A stretch of 64,000 bases of DNA from Rhodospirillales bacterium (GTDB lineage: Bacteria; Pseudomonadota; Alphaproteobacteria; Rhodospirillales; UBA2165). Position 1 is the first letter of the stretch, and each line of letters starts with the position of its first letter. Shown here piece by piece: positions 37,400-46,763 of the stretch. The stretch spans positions 66,807 through 130,806 of the forward strand of contig JAJDXO010000026.1 of the NCBI GenBank assembly GCA_022823235.1, given 5' to 3'. The notes beneath the pieces are model-generated. The model made no database searches, had not been told where the DNA came from, and saw only the letters and a list, made by a program, of their open reading frames with translations. The translations under genes and the position numbers were made by a program.

Positions 37400-38206
37400 A
37401 TGCCGGAAACAAAACGCATCCGGGCGCTGGAGCGCGGCCTTGAGGTGATGGAGGCGCTTCAGGATCGGCGCGCCGCGTCCCTCAAGGACCTCTACGAGGC
37501 AACCGGACTGCCGCGCCCAACGCTGATCAGAATACTCCATACCCTCGAAACCGCCGGCGTGGTTCGGCGGTCCATCGGCGACGGGCTTTATCGCGCGACC
37601 TACCGGCTTCAACGGCTGGCGGGCGACGGAGACGAGGGCGACCGTCTGGCCGATATCGCCGCGCCGGTCATCGATGCCCTGTGCCGGCGGCTGACCTGGC
37701 CGTCCGATCTCGCGGTACTCGAACCGGAGCGCCGCGAAAGCATGATCCTCAAGGAGACCAGCCGGCCCACCTCACCGATCATGCTCAACCGGGATCGGCT
37801 GGGATACGAAATCTGCATGAGCCTGTCGTCGGTGGGCCGGGCCTATCTGGCCTTCTGCCCCGAGGACGAACGGCGGGACATCATCGCCCGCCTCAAGAAA
37901 TCCGCCGATCCTCTCAACCGCCGGATCGGCGGCGGTGGGGAGTTTCAAGCGACCCTGGATGCCGTCCGCGAAGCGGGATATGCGGTGCGCGACCCCGCCT
38001 TCGGCGGCGGGCAGGGACAACTGCGCAGCGCGTATGACGACGGGCTGGAGGCCATGGCCGTGCCGCTGGCCGGCGAGAGCAGGGTGCATGGGACCGTGTC
38101 GATGGTCTGGCCCCGCAAGGCGCTCACCGTCGAGGCGTTCGCCGCCGAACACCTGACCGCCCTTCAAGGTGCCGCACTGGAGATCGTCGCCGCGGTTGAA
38201 ACCTGA
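37400..38206 (+). CDS. IclR family transcriptional regulator
   Basis: ATG 37400. RALERGLEVMEAL..LKDLYEATGLPRPTLIRILHTLE is a winged HTH, followed by an IclR effector domain. Confidence 0.8.
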   Translation: MPETKRIRALERGLEVMEALQDRRAASLKDLYEATGLPRPTLIRILHTLETAGVVRRSIGDGLYRATYRLQRLAGDGDEGDRLADIAAPVIDALCRRLTWPSDLAVLEPERRESMILKETSRPTSPIMLNRDRLGYEICMSLSSVGRAYLAFCPEDERRDIIARLKKSADPLNRRIGGGGEFQATLDAVREAGYAVRDPAFGGGQGQLRSAYDDGLEAMAVPLAGESRVHGTVSMVWPRKALTVEAFAAEHLTALQGAALEIVAAVET

Positions 38207-38327
38207 TCCGGCCAGTCCGCTTCTTCGAGTCCACGGCAAGGTTCATGCCGGGAATTTGCAAGGGACTCCCGCATATCCGCGGAAGATGCGAAAATCCGAG
38301 GCTAAGTCCACAAGAAAGGCAAGGATC

Positions 38328-38825
38328 ATGCAGGGAATGGCGCTGGATGCCGCCGATGTCCGCATACTCAATCATTTGCAAACCCATGGACGAGCCTCGA
38401 ATGCGGAGCTGGCCGAGATTGCGTTCCTCTCGGCGTCCCAATGCCACCGCCGGGTGAAGCGCCTGGAAGCCGAGGGTATCATCAACGGGTACCGGGCCGA
38501 GGTAAACCCGGCAGCCGTGGGCCTGGACATCTCCGCGTTCATCCATGTCTCCCTGAGTGCGCATGGAGAAAACCCGGCGATCGCGTTCGTCGAGGCCGTC
38601 GAAAATCTGCCGGAGGTAACCGAGTGCTATTCGCTGGCCGGAGACACCGACTATCTGCTCCGGGTGGCCATGCCCACCCTGCAGGCGTTCTCCGAGTTTC
38701 TGATGAACGCACTCATTCCCCTTCCCGGGATCGGCAGCGTCAAATCCTATGTGGTGCTGGAGGAAATTCGCCGCAGCCGGGCGCTCCCCATTGCCGAGAA
38801 CTCCGGCTCCCGGGTCAGAGAGTAG
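38328..38825 (+). CDS. Lrp/AsnC family transcriptional regulator
   Basis: ATG 38328. LDAADVRILNHLQTHGRASNAELAEIAFLSASQCHRRVKRLEAEGII. Its 3' end overlaps the convergent thiolase-like gene by 11 nt. Confidence 0.8.
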   Translation: MQGMALDAADVRILNHLQTHGRASNAELAEIAFLSASQCHRRVKRLEAEGIINGYRAEVNPAAVGLDISAFIHVSLSAHGENPAIAFVEAVENLPEVTECYSLAGDTDYLLRVAMPTLQAFSEFLMNALIPLPGIGSVKSYVVLEEIRRSRALPIAENSGSRVRE

Positions 38826-39960
38826 AGGCGGTCCCCAACAGTGCCGTGACCTGGGTCGACAGGGTGCCGCCATTGCCGTGCACCAACGCCGCTTCGGCGC
38901 CCGGCACCTGCCGGTCGCCGGCAATGCCCCGAAGCTGCTCGACGGCTTCGACGATCAGAAACAGGCCGTACATTCCGGGGTGCACGCAGCTCAGGCCGCC
39001 GCCGTTGGTATTGACGGCCAGGGTTCCGCCGGGCGCTATGGTGCCGCCGTCAAGGAAATTTCCGCCTTCGCCCTTCGGGCAGTATCCGAGGTCTTCCAGA
39101 AACAGCAGCGTGTTAATGGTGAAGGCGTCGTACAGCGCCAGCACATCGACATCCCCGGGCGCCATGCCCGCCATTTCGAAGGCGCGGGGACCGGACCGCG
39201 CCGCGGCGGTCACCGTCAGGTCTTCCATTTGCGCAATCTGTTGATGAGAGGTCTCGGCGGCGACGCCCAGAACATAGGCGGGGGATTGGGGAAAATCCCT
39301 TGCCCGCTCCGTTCGAACCATAATCACCGCCCCGGCGCCATCGGTAATCAGGCAGCAATCGCGAACCGTCAACGGGTCGGAGACCATGCGCGAGGAAACG
39401 ACATCTTCGATGGTCAGCGGATCCCGTTCCACGGCGCGCGGATTCAGCTGCGCCCACCTCCTGGCGGCGACCGCCACTTCGGCCAACTGTTCCCGTGAGG
39501 TGCCGTAGACGTCCATGTGCCGGGCCGCGGCAAGGGCATAGGAATTGACCAACCGTACCCCGTAGACCGCCTCATGGGGCGTCCGGATGGCCCCGCCCGG
39601 CCGGCGGCGTCCGCTCCGGGCATTGCTGCCATAGGTAATCAGGGCCGTGTCGCACAAGCCGGCGTCGAGCGCCAGCACCGCCCACTGCAGGAAGTTGACG
39701 AAAGACGATCCGCCGAGCATCGTTCCCTCGAGGACTTTTGGCCGCAGTCCAAGATATTCGCTGACCGCCGTCGCCGGCAGCGAGGCCGGCTCCATAACCG
39801 AAAAGACGCCATCGATGTCCGATTTGGAAAGCCCCGCATCGGCGAGGGCGCGGTCCACGGCCTGACCCATCAGTTCGAAATGCGACCAGCCCGGCACTTC
39901 GCCGAATTCAGATGTCGCGGCGCCGACAATCGCCGCCTTTCCCCGCAGGCTGGTGGTCAT
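38815..39960 (-). CDS. thiolase-like (SCP-x/DitF-type) acetyl-CoA acyltransferase family protein
   Basis: ATG 39960 with GGGGGAAAGGGA upstream. GKAAIVGAATSEFG N-terminus and C-terminal NTNGGGLS..HGNGG motifs. Confidence 0.75.
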   Translation of the reverse strand: MTTSLRGKAAIVGAATSEFGEVPGWSHFELMGQAVDRALADAGLSKSDIDGVFSVMEPASLPATAVSEYLGLRPKVLEGTMLGGSSFVNFLQWAVLALDAGLCDTALITYGSNARSGRRRPGGAIRTPHEAVYGVRLVNSYALAAARHMDVYGTSREQLAEVAVAARRWAQLNPRAVERDPLTIEDVVSSRMVSDPLTVRDCCLITDGAGAVIMVRTERARDFPQSPAYVLGVAAETSHQQIAQMEDLTVTAAARSGPRAFEMAGMAPGDVDVLALYDAFTINTLLFLEDLGYCPKGEGGNFLDGGTIAPGGTLAVNTNGGGLSCVHPGMYGLFLIVEAVEQLRGIAGDRQVPGAEAALVHGNGGTLSTQVTALLGTASTL

Positions 39961-40126
39961 TCCCTTTCCCCCTGAAGCATCACGATAGGCATCGGCATGC
40001 CGCAATATCAATGACTTTCAGGACGCCATTCCGCCGGTTCGACAGGTTAATGGCGTGTCGTAACGAATTCACGGATCGTATAGGCTGGATTCCACCAAAT
40101 CAGCGATTCCTCACCGGGGGCCGGGG

Positions 40127-40750
40127 ATGGCCGTATCATCCAACGATGCCTTGCTGGACAAGGCCGAAATCAACGACGTTCTGCTGACCTGGGGTCAGGC
40201 CCGGGACCGGGGCGAATGGGACACGCTCAGGGCCTGCTTCCAGCCCGATGCGACAATTCACATTGCCTGGATTTCCGATACCGCCGAGGAATTCGTCCGG
40301 CGATCGGCGGATATGCTCGCCGAGTGGAAAGAGGGCGAGTCGAGCAAGCACTTCATCGGCGGCGGCCAGGTGACGCTCAACGGAAATCGCGCCTACAGCA
40401 GGTGTCATGTGAATTTGATTTCACGGCTGTCCGCGGACGGCATTCCGTTCGACTGGGAATTCTGGGGCCAGTTCCACGATCTTTTCGAGCGCCGCGAAGA
40501 CGGCGTGTGGCGGATATTCAAGCGAACGATGGTTTACGAGAAGGACCGACTCGACCCGGTCATCGCCGGTCGGCTGCCGGACGACTATTTTGACGCGGCG
40601 GCCCTGGACTCCCATCCCCATCAGATCAGGTTTCTGGCCTGGCGGCTTTCGCTCACCGGCAGGAAGCCCGTCGAGGACATCGTCTTGGCGCGAACCGAAG
40701 GCGAAACCGGCCTGATCGACGAATGCCGAAACTGGATCAAGAGTTCCTGA
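40127..40750 (+). CDS. SnoaL-like / NTF2-fold protein
   Basis: 207 aa. INDVLLTWGQARDRGEWDTLRACFQPDATIHIAW is typical of the SnoaL_4 type. Confidence 0.6.
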   Translation: MAVSSNDALLDKAEINDVLLTWGQARDRGEWDTLRACFQPDATIHIAWISDTAEEFVRRSADMLAEWKEGESSKHFIGGGQVTLNGNRAYSRCHVNLISRLSADGIPFDWEFWGQFHDLFERREDGVWRIFKRTMVYEKDRLDPVIAGRLPDDYFDAAALDSHPHQIRFLAWRLSLTGRKPVEDIVLARTEGETGLIDECRNWIKSS

Positions 40751-40830
40751 ACCACGGGTGATGCGCGGGGTGTCTGTGCGCCCTCCGTCTTTTGCTCTAG
40801 AATCGGCCCAAGCGATGTGATTGTTCGCAC

Positions 40831-42549
40831 ATGAAAATGGACCGGATCGTTCCCAGATACACGGCTATCGGCGTCCTCTTCGGATGCCTGTTTCCGATTA
40901 CCGCCTGGATTTTGGATTTGAGTTTGGGCGGGATGACGCCGAGCGCCCAGGCGATCATCGACATCCATCGGGCCTCGCCCGTCCACTTCATCGTCGATTT
41001 GGCCCCGATCGTCCTTGGCGCCGCGTTTTTCTTCTTGGCCGCCAAGCAGCGGCATGTCGTGGCCGCGAGCGAGGCGCTCCGAGGCGATGCCGTCGAGCGC
41101 GCCGAAGCCCTCAACCAAAGCGAAGCCCGAATCAAGGATTTCACCAACATTCCCAACCAGCGCTTCTGGGAAACCGATGAGGACCACGTTTTCACCTATG
41201 TGTCGGGCGGTATCGGACGAACATTCATGAACACCATCGACGACGCCGTCGGGAAGAAGCGCTGGGAGCTTCCGGGGGTCACCGCATCGGAGGCGGCTTG
41301 GAAGGCGCACAAGGCCGATATAGCCGCCCGGCGCCCGATCAATGATTTCCGTTGTACCCAGACGGACACGGCCGGGAACATCACGCACCTGAACATCAAC
41401 GGCCATCCCTTTTATGACGAGAATGGCAGTTTCCGCGGCTATCGGGGCACCACGACAAACATTACCCAACAGGTTGAAGCCGCGAGAGCGGTCGAACAGT
41501 CCGAGGAGAAATACCGGCACTTGTTCGAATTCGCCGAAGACTCGATCTTTATCGTCGATACGGACACATTCAGATTTCTGGATGTCAACCGCGCGGCCGC
41601 ACGGCGCCTTGGGTACACCACCGGGGAACTCATCGGCAAACTTGTGGTGGACATCAACGCGGAGGACTTCAGGCCGGAAGAAACCGCCCGCCGGCTTGAA
41701 CGCATCCGGGAGGAAGGCAGCCTGACCTTCGAAACCGTGCACGTTCGCAAGGACGGGTCCAAGCTGCCGGTCGAAATCAGTTCGCGGTTCGTCAGCTACG
41801 GCAACCGGGAAGTTCTGGAGAGTATCGTCCGCGATATCACCGAACGAAAGGAAATCGAGCGTCTCAAGAACGAGTTCATTTCGACGGTCAGTCATGAGCT
41901 CCGCACGCCGTTGACTTCAATCATCGGCTCCCTCGGACTGATGCGCGGAAACGGCTTGGGCGAAGATCCCGGGCAGGTTCGGCAACTCATCGAGGTCGCC
42001 CACGGCAATTCGGAACGGCTGGTCCGGCTGATCAACGACATACTCGACATCGAAAAAATCGAATCCGGCAGCATGGAATTCGAGATGCAGCCGGTGGACC
42101 TCAATGCATTGGTGGAACAGGCCATCGCCGACAACGAGGGCTACGCGGACCGGTTCGGCGTCATTCTGGTCAAGGAGCGCGGTGTGCCCGATGCATCGAT
42201 CACCGGGGATTGGCATCGGTTACTGCAGGTTATGGCGAACCTGATATCCAATGCGTCGAAATTTTCGCCCGCGGGCAGCCGCGTCGACGTCAAGCTAACG
42301 CCGAACGGCAGAACGGTCCGGGTCGCCGTCAAGGACAATGGGCCCGGGGTTCCGTTGGACTTTCGGGACACCATTTTCGACAAGTTTACCCAGTCGGACA
42401 TGTCGGATAGCCGCGAGAAAGGCGGCACCGGTCTGGGCCTCTCGATTTCAAAGGCGATCGTCGAGGTCCACGGCGGCCGGATCGGGTTTCGGAACAACGC
42501 GGAAGGCGGCGCCACGTTCTATTTCGATCTCCCTCGTGAAGCGGCCTAG
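40831..42549 (+). CDS. membrane-associated PAS-domain sensor histidine kinase
   Basis: 572 aa. N-terminal hydrophobic segments, two PAS-like regions, H-box STVSHELRTPL, N/G boxes NLISNASKFSP, DNGPGVP and GGTGLGLSI. No response regulator adjacent. Confidence 0.85.
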   Translation: MKMDRIVPRYTAIGVLFGCLFPITAWILDLSLGGMTPSAQAIIDIHRASPVHFIVDLAPIVLGAAFFFLAAKQRHVVAASEALRGDAVERAEALNQSEARIKDFTNIPNQRFWETDEDHVFTYVSGGIGRTFMNTIDDAVGKKRWELPGVTASEAAWKAHKADIAARRPINDFRCTQTDTAGNITHLNINGHPFYDENGSFRGYRGTTTNITQQVEAARAVEQSEEKYRHLFEFAEDSIFIVDTDTFRFLDVNRAAARRLGYTTGELIGKLVVDINAEDFRPEETARRLERIREEGSLTFETVHVRKDGSKLPVEISSRFVSYGNREVLESIVRDITERKEIERLKNEFISTVSHELRTPLTSIIGSLGLMRGNGLGEDPGQVRQLIEVAHGNSERLVRLINDILDIEKIESGSMEFEMQPVDLNALVEQAIADNEGYADRFGVILVKERGVPDASITGDWHRLLQVMANLISNASKFSPAGSRVDVKLTPNGRTVRVAVKDNGPGVPLDFRDTIFDKFTQSDMSDSREKGGTGLGLSISKAIVEVHGGRIGFRNNAEGGATFYFDLPREAA

Positions 42550-42622
42550 ATCAAACCCGTAAGCAACCGGACCGGCTTCGCCGGTCGGAGGACAAGCCGT
42601 GTCCCAGCCATATTTCCAGTTC

Positions 42623-42737
42623 TTGAACCACAGAGACGGTGAGACGGTGAGGAGCACCGGAATTGAAACCTCTCCTCTCGACCTCTGTGTCTCTGTGGTG
42701 AATATCCTGGATGCCCCGAACAAGTCGGGGCATGACG
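42623..42737 (+). repeat. REP-like intergenic element R1 (long imperfect hairpin plus terminal 9-bp hairpin)
   Basis: CCACAGAGAC..GTCTCTGTGG arms and ATGCCCCGA-N5-TCGGGGCAT. About 90% identical to the reverse complement of 62135..62250. Confidence 0.85.
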
Positions 42738-42746
42738 ATTTGCGGG

Positions 42747-42807
42747 TGAGGCCTAAAGTGATTTCGTCATACCCCGGCGCAAGTCCGGGGTATCCACGTG
42801 TACCGCC
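42747..42807 (+). repeat. REP-like element R2 (TGAGGCCTAAA..GTCAT-hairpin-CCACGTGTACCG)
   Basis: Hairpin ATACCCCGG-N7-CCGGGGTAT. Shares flanks with 52828..52894. Confidence 0.75.
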
Positions 42808-42837
42808 GGCTGCCCAGCCTGATGGGCAGCGCAATGG

Positions 42838-43599
42838 TCAATAAGTCGCGCGGCCGCCCGAGACGTCGAACACCCCGCCGGTGGCGAACGAGCATTCCTC
42901 GGAGGCCAGCCACGCCACCATGGCGGCGATTTCCTCCACCAGGCCGAACCGGTTCATGGGAATCTTCGAGAGCATGAAATCGATATGCTCCTGGGTCATC
43001 TGATCGAAGATCGCGGTGCGCACCGCCGCCGGCGTCACGCAGTTGACCATCACGTTGGTCTGCGCCAGTTCCTTGCCAAGCGCCTTCGTCAAGCCGATGA
43101 CGCCTGCCTTGGTCGCCGAATAGGCCGGCGCCTTGGGGTTTCCCTCCTTGCCGGCGATGGACGCGACATTGACGATGCGCCCGTAATCGTTCTCCAGCAT
43201 GTGGGGAATGGCCGTCCGGCTGACATAGAACGTCCCGGACAAATTGATATCGACCACCTTGTCCCAGGCATCGATCGGGTATTCCCACGACGTGACGTTG
43301 GGGCCCGAAATTCCGGCGTTGTTGACCACAATGTCGACCTTGCCGAGATCGCCGACCGAACCGGCGAAGGCGGCTTCCACCGCCGAATTGTCGGAAATAT
43401 CGGCAACCCGGCCGGTCACCTTCGTGCCGTCGGCCCCCGCCGACAGGTCTTCCACCGCCCGGGCCAGGCCGTCTTCGTTGACGTCCCAGATGCAGGTATC
43501 GGCGCCGGATTCCACCAACCGTCTGGCGATGCCGAGGCCCAGTCCCGCCGCACCGCCGGTGACGACGGCGGCGCGGCCGTCGAGGTCGATCCGGTTCAC
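42838..43599 (-). CDS. SDR family oxidoreductase
   Basis: 253 aa. TGGAAGLG and YSATKAG motifs. Confidence 0.85.
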   Translation of the reverse strand: MNRIDLDGRAAVVTGGAAGLGLGIARRLVESGADTCIWDVNEDGLARAVEDLSAGADGTKVTGRVADISDNSAVEAAFAGSVGDLGKVDIVVNNAGISGPNVTSWEYPIDAWDKVVDINLSGTFYVSRTAIPHMLENDYGRIVNVASIAGKEGNPKAPAYSATKAGVIGLTKALGKELAQTNVMVNCVTPAAVRTAIFDQMTQEHIDFMLSKIPMNRFGLVEEIAAMVAWLASEECSFATGGVFDVSGGRATY

Positions 43600-43603
43600 G
43601 GGA

Positions 43604-44374
43604 TCAGCCCTTCACCTTGAAACCGACGGACCCGAGGCCCTGCACCGTATTGCGGACCGAAACGCCCTTCTCCAGGGCGACCGCCTCGGTGACTCCGCCC
43701 GCCATGACCACCCAGCCGGCTTCGAGTATTTCACCCGCTTCGGCGGCCATCCGGGACGCCGCGGCGAGCGACCGCCCGGGATGTCCGAGTATCGCGGCGG
43801 ACGAGCCGATGGTCGCCGGACGGCCGTTCACTTCCATGACCACGCCGAGGTTGTCCAGATCCATATCCGGCGGGCACCAGGGCCCGATCACGTAGCCGGA
43901 CGACGATGCGTTGTCGGCCACCACGTCCTGCAGATTGAACTTGAACGCCCGGTAGCGGCTATCGATGATCTCGAGCGCCGGGGCGACCGCCTCCACCGCC
44001 GCCATCGCCTCCATGGGCGTGGTCGGGCCGGCCAATGGCGCGCCCAGCAGGTAGGCGATTTCCGGCTCGACCCGCGGGTGCACGTAATCCTTGAGGTTGA
44101 TGACCGCGCCGTCCTCGACCAACATGCCGTCGGTCAAGCGGCCCCAGATCATGTCGGACAGGCCCATCTGGACCATCTTGGCCCGGCTGGTGAAACCCAT
44201 CTTCATGCCCGAGCGCTCTTCGCCACGCTCCAGGCGCCGGTCGATACTCGCCGCCTGGATTCTGTAGGCCTGTTTGAGCGTCATCCTGCTCTTCTTGGAG
44301 AGCTGTGGGATTGCCGTCGCCTTCACCGCCGCATCGTCGACCGTCTTGGCGAGTTTTTGAATATCGACTGCCAT
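43604..44374 (-). CDS. 2-oxopent-4-enoate hydratase / 4-oxalocrotonate decarboxylase family protein (XylI/DmpH-like member of the pair)
   Basis: ATG 44374 with GGGGAGAA upstream. KMGFTS..PRVEPEIAYLL..ALEIIDSR motifs of the MhpD/XylJ/XylI family. Confidence 0.7.
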   Translation of the reverse strand: MAVDIQKLAKTVDDAAVKATAIPQLSKKSRMTLKQAYRIQAASIDRRLERGEERSGMKMGFTSRAKMVQMGLSDMIWGRLTDGMLVEDGAVINLKDYVHPRVEPEIAYLLGAPLAGPTTPMEAMAAVEAVAPALEIIDSRYRAFKFNLQDVVADNASSSGYVIGPWCPPDMDLDNLGVVMEVNGRPATIGSSAAILGHPGRSLAAASRMAAEAGEILEAGWVVMAGGVTEAVALEKGVSVRNTVQGLGSVGFKVKG

Positions 44375-44387
44375 CTTCGTTCTCCCC

Positions 44388-45176
44388 TTACGCGCCGAAC
44401 ACGGCCCGGACCGAACCCAGCCCGTTGATCCGCGCCTCGTAAACCTCACCCTTGGCCGCCGGCACCATCGGCCCCAAAGCGCCGGACATGACGATGTCGC
44501 CGGCCGACAACGGCCGGCCCCGCGCGGTCATGACCTCCGCCAGCCAGCGCACCGCATTGACGGGATGGCCGAGGCAGGCGGCCCCGGCGCCGACCGAAAC
44601 CGGCTCGCCGCGGTTTTCCACCACCATGCCGCACATGCGGCCGTCGAAGTCGTCCAGCGCAACCTTGTCGTTGCCCAGGATGAAGAGCCCCGACGAGGCA
44701 TTGTCGGCCACCGTGTCGACGATGGTGATGTCGAAATTCGCGATCCGGCTGTCGACGACCTCGATCGCCGGGGCGGCATAGGCGACGGCGCGGATCACGT
44801 CCGCGGTGGTCGGCTTATCCAGATGCAGGTCCCTGTCCAGGATGTAGGCCACCTCCGCCTCGACCCGCGGCTGAGAAACCCGGCTCGCCGGGATTTCCTC
44901 GCCGTCCGGCACCGCCATGTCGTCGAACAGCATGCCGTAGTCCGGCTGATCGACCCCCAATTGGGTTTGAACGGCCTTGGCGGTCAGGCCGATCTTGCGG
45001 CCCACCATGCGGGCGCCTTCGCGCAATCGCCACAGGGTCACGTTCTCCTGAACCGCATAGGCGCCGTCGATGTCGCCGCGGTCGAGAAGATCCCGGACCG
45101 GCTTGTCCGCCTTCCCGCTCTTGTAGGCGTTGATAATCCTCTCGGACGCCTGATGAATGGCTGAAGCTGAGGTCAT
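44388..45176 (-). CDS. 2-oxopent-4-enoate hydratase family protein (MhpD/XylJ-like member of the pair)
   Basis: ATG 45176 with AGGGAGGA upstream. GRKIGLTAKAVQ..PRVEAEVAYIL..AIEVVDSRI motifs. Confidence 0.75.
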   Translation of the reverse strand: MTSASAIHQASERIINAYKSGKADKPVRDLLDRGDIDGAYAVQENVTLWRLREGARMVGRKIGLTAKAVQTQLGVDQPDYGMLFDDMAVPDGEEIPASRVSQPRVEAEVAYILDRDLHLDKPTTADVIRAVAYAAPAIEVVDSRIANFDITIVDTVADNASSGLFILGNDKVALDDFDGRMCGMVVENRGEPVSVGAGAACLGHPVNAVRWLAEVMTARGRPLSAGDIVMSGALGPMVPAAKGEVYEARINGLGSVRAVFGA

Positions 45177-45320
45177 CGAGACGGTTCCTCCCTGGGAATT
45201 TCCGGTGATTGCCGGCGATTGCGTGCCGGCGAGCCTATCCGACGGCGGATGCCTAGACAATCGCCCGGGATCGGGCAACCCGGGCCCAACCGGTGTCCGA
45301 CGCTCGGACGAGAAATTGTC

Positions 45321-46763
45321 CTAGACGGGCGCCGGCGTGGCGCCCTTGGTGCCCGTGCCGAACGCCGCCTCCGGTCCGCCGAATTTGGCGGTGAGTTCGT
45401 TTTGGTCGTCCTTGGCGCGGCGGTCGACGGCCTCGGGGTCGACCAGGTCGCGCAGCGCCGCATGCATCGCATCGAGATGCGCCTTGGCGCCCGGATCGCC
45501 CGCCATATTGGTCGTTTCCTCGGGGTCGTCTTCCAGATCGAACAGCTCGGGCTCGAAGCCCACATAGTAAATGTACTTCCACCGGCCGCGGCGGATCATG
45601 AACGCGCCGGAGGGCGAACCCGCGGCGTGATATTCGGAAAATGCGATCCGCCCGGGCTCGTCGTTTTCGCCGGCCAGTTGGAACCATGAACGCCCCGGCA
45701 GATCCCGGGCGTCGTCGGGAACCTCCACGCCGACGCCGTCCAGGATGGTCTGGTAGCTGTCCACAAGGCTGACGGGCGTCGTACAGATCCGGCCTTCGGG
45801 AACGTCCGGCCCGGCGACCATCAGCGGAATACCGGCCGCCTCCTCGTACATGTTGGATTTGCCCCACAGGCCCCGGGCGCCGACATTGTCGCCGTGGTCC
45901 GAGGTGTAGACGATGCGGGTGTCTTCGGCGAGGCCGGATGATTTGAGGGTGTCCAGCACCCGCCCGATTTGCGCATCGACGTAACTGCAGAGGCCGAAAT
46001 AAGCGGCCTGGGCAACCTTGCGGTCGTCCGGGGTCAGCGCATCGTCGGTGCCGTGAAACCGCGCCATGGTATCCGTCCACGGGTGGCGCTCGTATCCGTC
46101 CTCGGGCCGCAGTTTCATGGGCGGCAGGTCGCCGATCGGATACATGTCGTAATATTCCCGCGGCACCACCAGCGGAAAATGCGGCGCCACAAAGCCGAGA
46201 TACAGCACCCAGGGCCGGTCCGCCGGCCGGGCGGCCACGGCCTCCAGCCATTCGCAGGCCGTGTCGGCGATGGTCCGGTCATAGATATTGTACTTGGACT
46301 CTCCGGGGCCGAGGGTTTCGCCCAGCATTTTCTGTCCGCGCGGGTTGCCCAGCGGCAACGGATCCCGCACCGACCCCCATACCTGGCCGACCCCGCCCAT
46401 GATGTGCATGGGGTGGCGCTGCGCGCTGAACCCGGTGGGGTCGGTCTCGTTGCGGTAATGGAGCTTGCCGACGGATTCGACGGCGAACCCGAGGTCGATC
46501 AGATGGTGTCCCCATCCCCGGACCCGGCCGTCATAGGCCAGGGCGTTGTCCCAATAGCCGGTGTCATGCACGTAGCGGCCGGTGGCCCACGCGGCCCGCG
46601 CGGGAATGCAGATCGGCGAATTGGTATAGGCGGCGGTAAAGCGGGTCCCCGCCACGGCCAGCGCGTCCAGGTTCGGGGTCTTCACGTGCGAATGGCCGGC
46701 GCACCCCAGCATCCTGGGGTTGTGCTCGTCGGACATGATGAACAGCAGGTTCTTTGGATTCAT
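45321..46763 (-). CDS. Cys-type sulfatase (S1 family), no signal peptide
   Basis: 480 aa. MNPKNLLFIMSDEHN and formylglycine motif SPICIPARAAWATGR (C-x-P-x-R). ATG 46763 directly abuts the tctA stop (46764). Confidence 0.85.
   Translation of the reverse strand: MNPKNLLFIMSDEHNPRMLGCAGHSHVKTPNLDALAVAGTRFTAAYTNSPICIPARAAWATGRYVHDTGYWDNALAYDGRVRGWGHHLIDLGFAVESVGKLHYRNETDPTGFSAQRHPMHIMGGVGQVWGSVRDPLPLGNPRGQKMLGETLGPGESKYNIYDRTIADTACEWLEAVAARPADRPWVLYLGFVAPHFPLVVPREYYDMYPIGDLPPMKLRPEDGYERHPWTDTMARFHGTDDALTPDDRKVAQAAYFGLCSYVDAQIGRVLDTLKSSGLAEDTRIVYTSDHGDNVGARGLWGKSNMYEEAAGIPLMVAGPDVPEGRICTTPVSLVDSYQTILDGVGVEVPDDARDLPGRSWFQLAGENDEPGRIAFSEYHAAGSPSGAFMIRRGRWKYIYYVGFEPELFDLEDDPEETTNMAGDPGAKAHLDAMHAALRDLVDPEAVDRRAKDDQNELTAKFGGPEAAFGTGTKGATPAPV

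Noticed and set aside
35274-37448. 724-aa ORF on the + strand
   Set aside because: The 5' two-thirds are antisense to the HisD-like gene, and the 3' end is out of frame with the SDR gene. No RBS or motif.
42570-42586. Hairpin GACCGGC-TTC-GCCGGTC after the histidine kinase stop, considered as a terminator
   Set aside because: 7-bp stem with a 3-nt loop and no U-tract. Too weak to call, and the adjacent REP elements may fulfil that role.
42599-42844. 81-aa ORF (..KSGHDDLRVRPKV..) and 62137..62706 (-) 189-aa ORF
   Set aside because: They are translations through the REP-like hairpin elements R1/R2, which produce characteristic spurious peptides in alphaproteobacterial annotations. Not genes.
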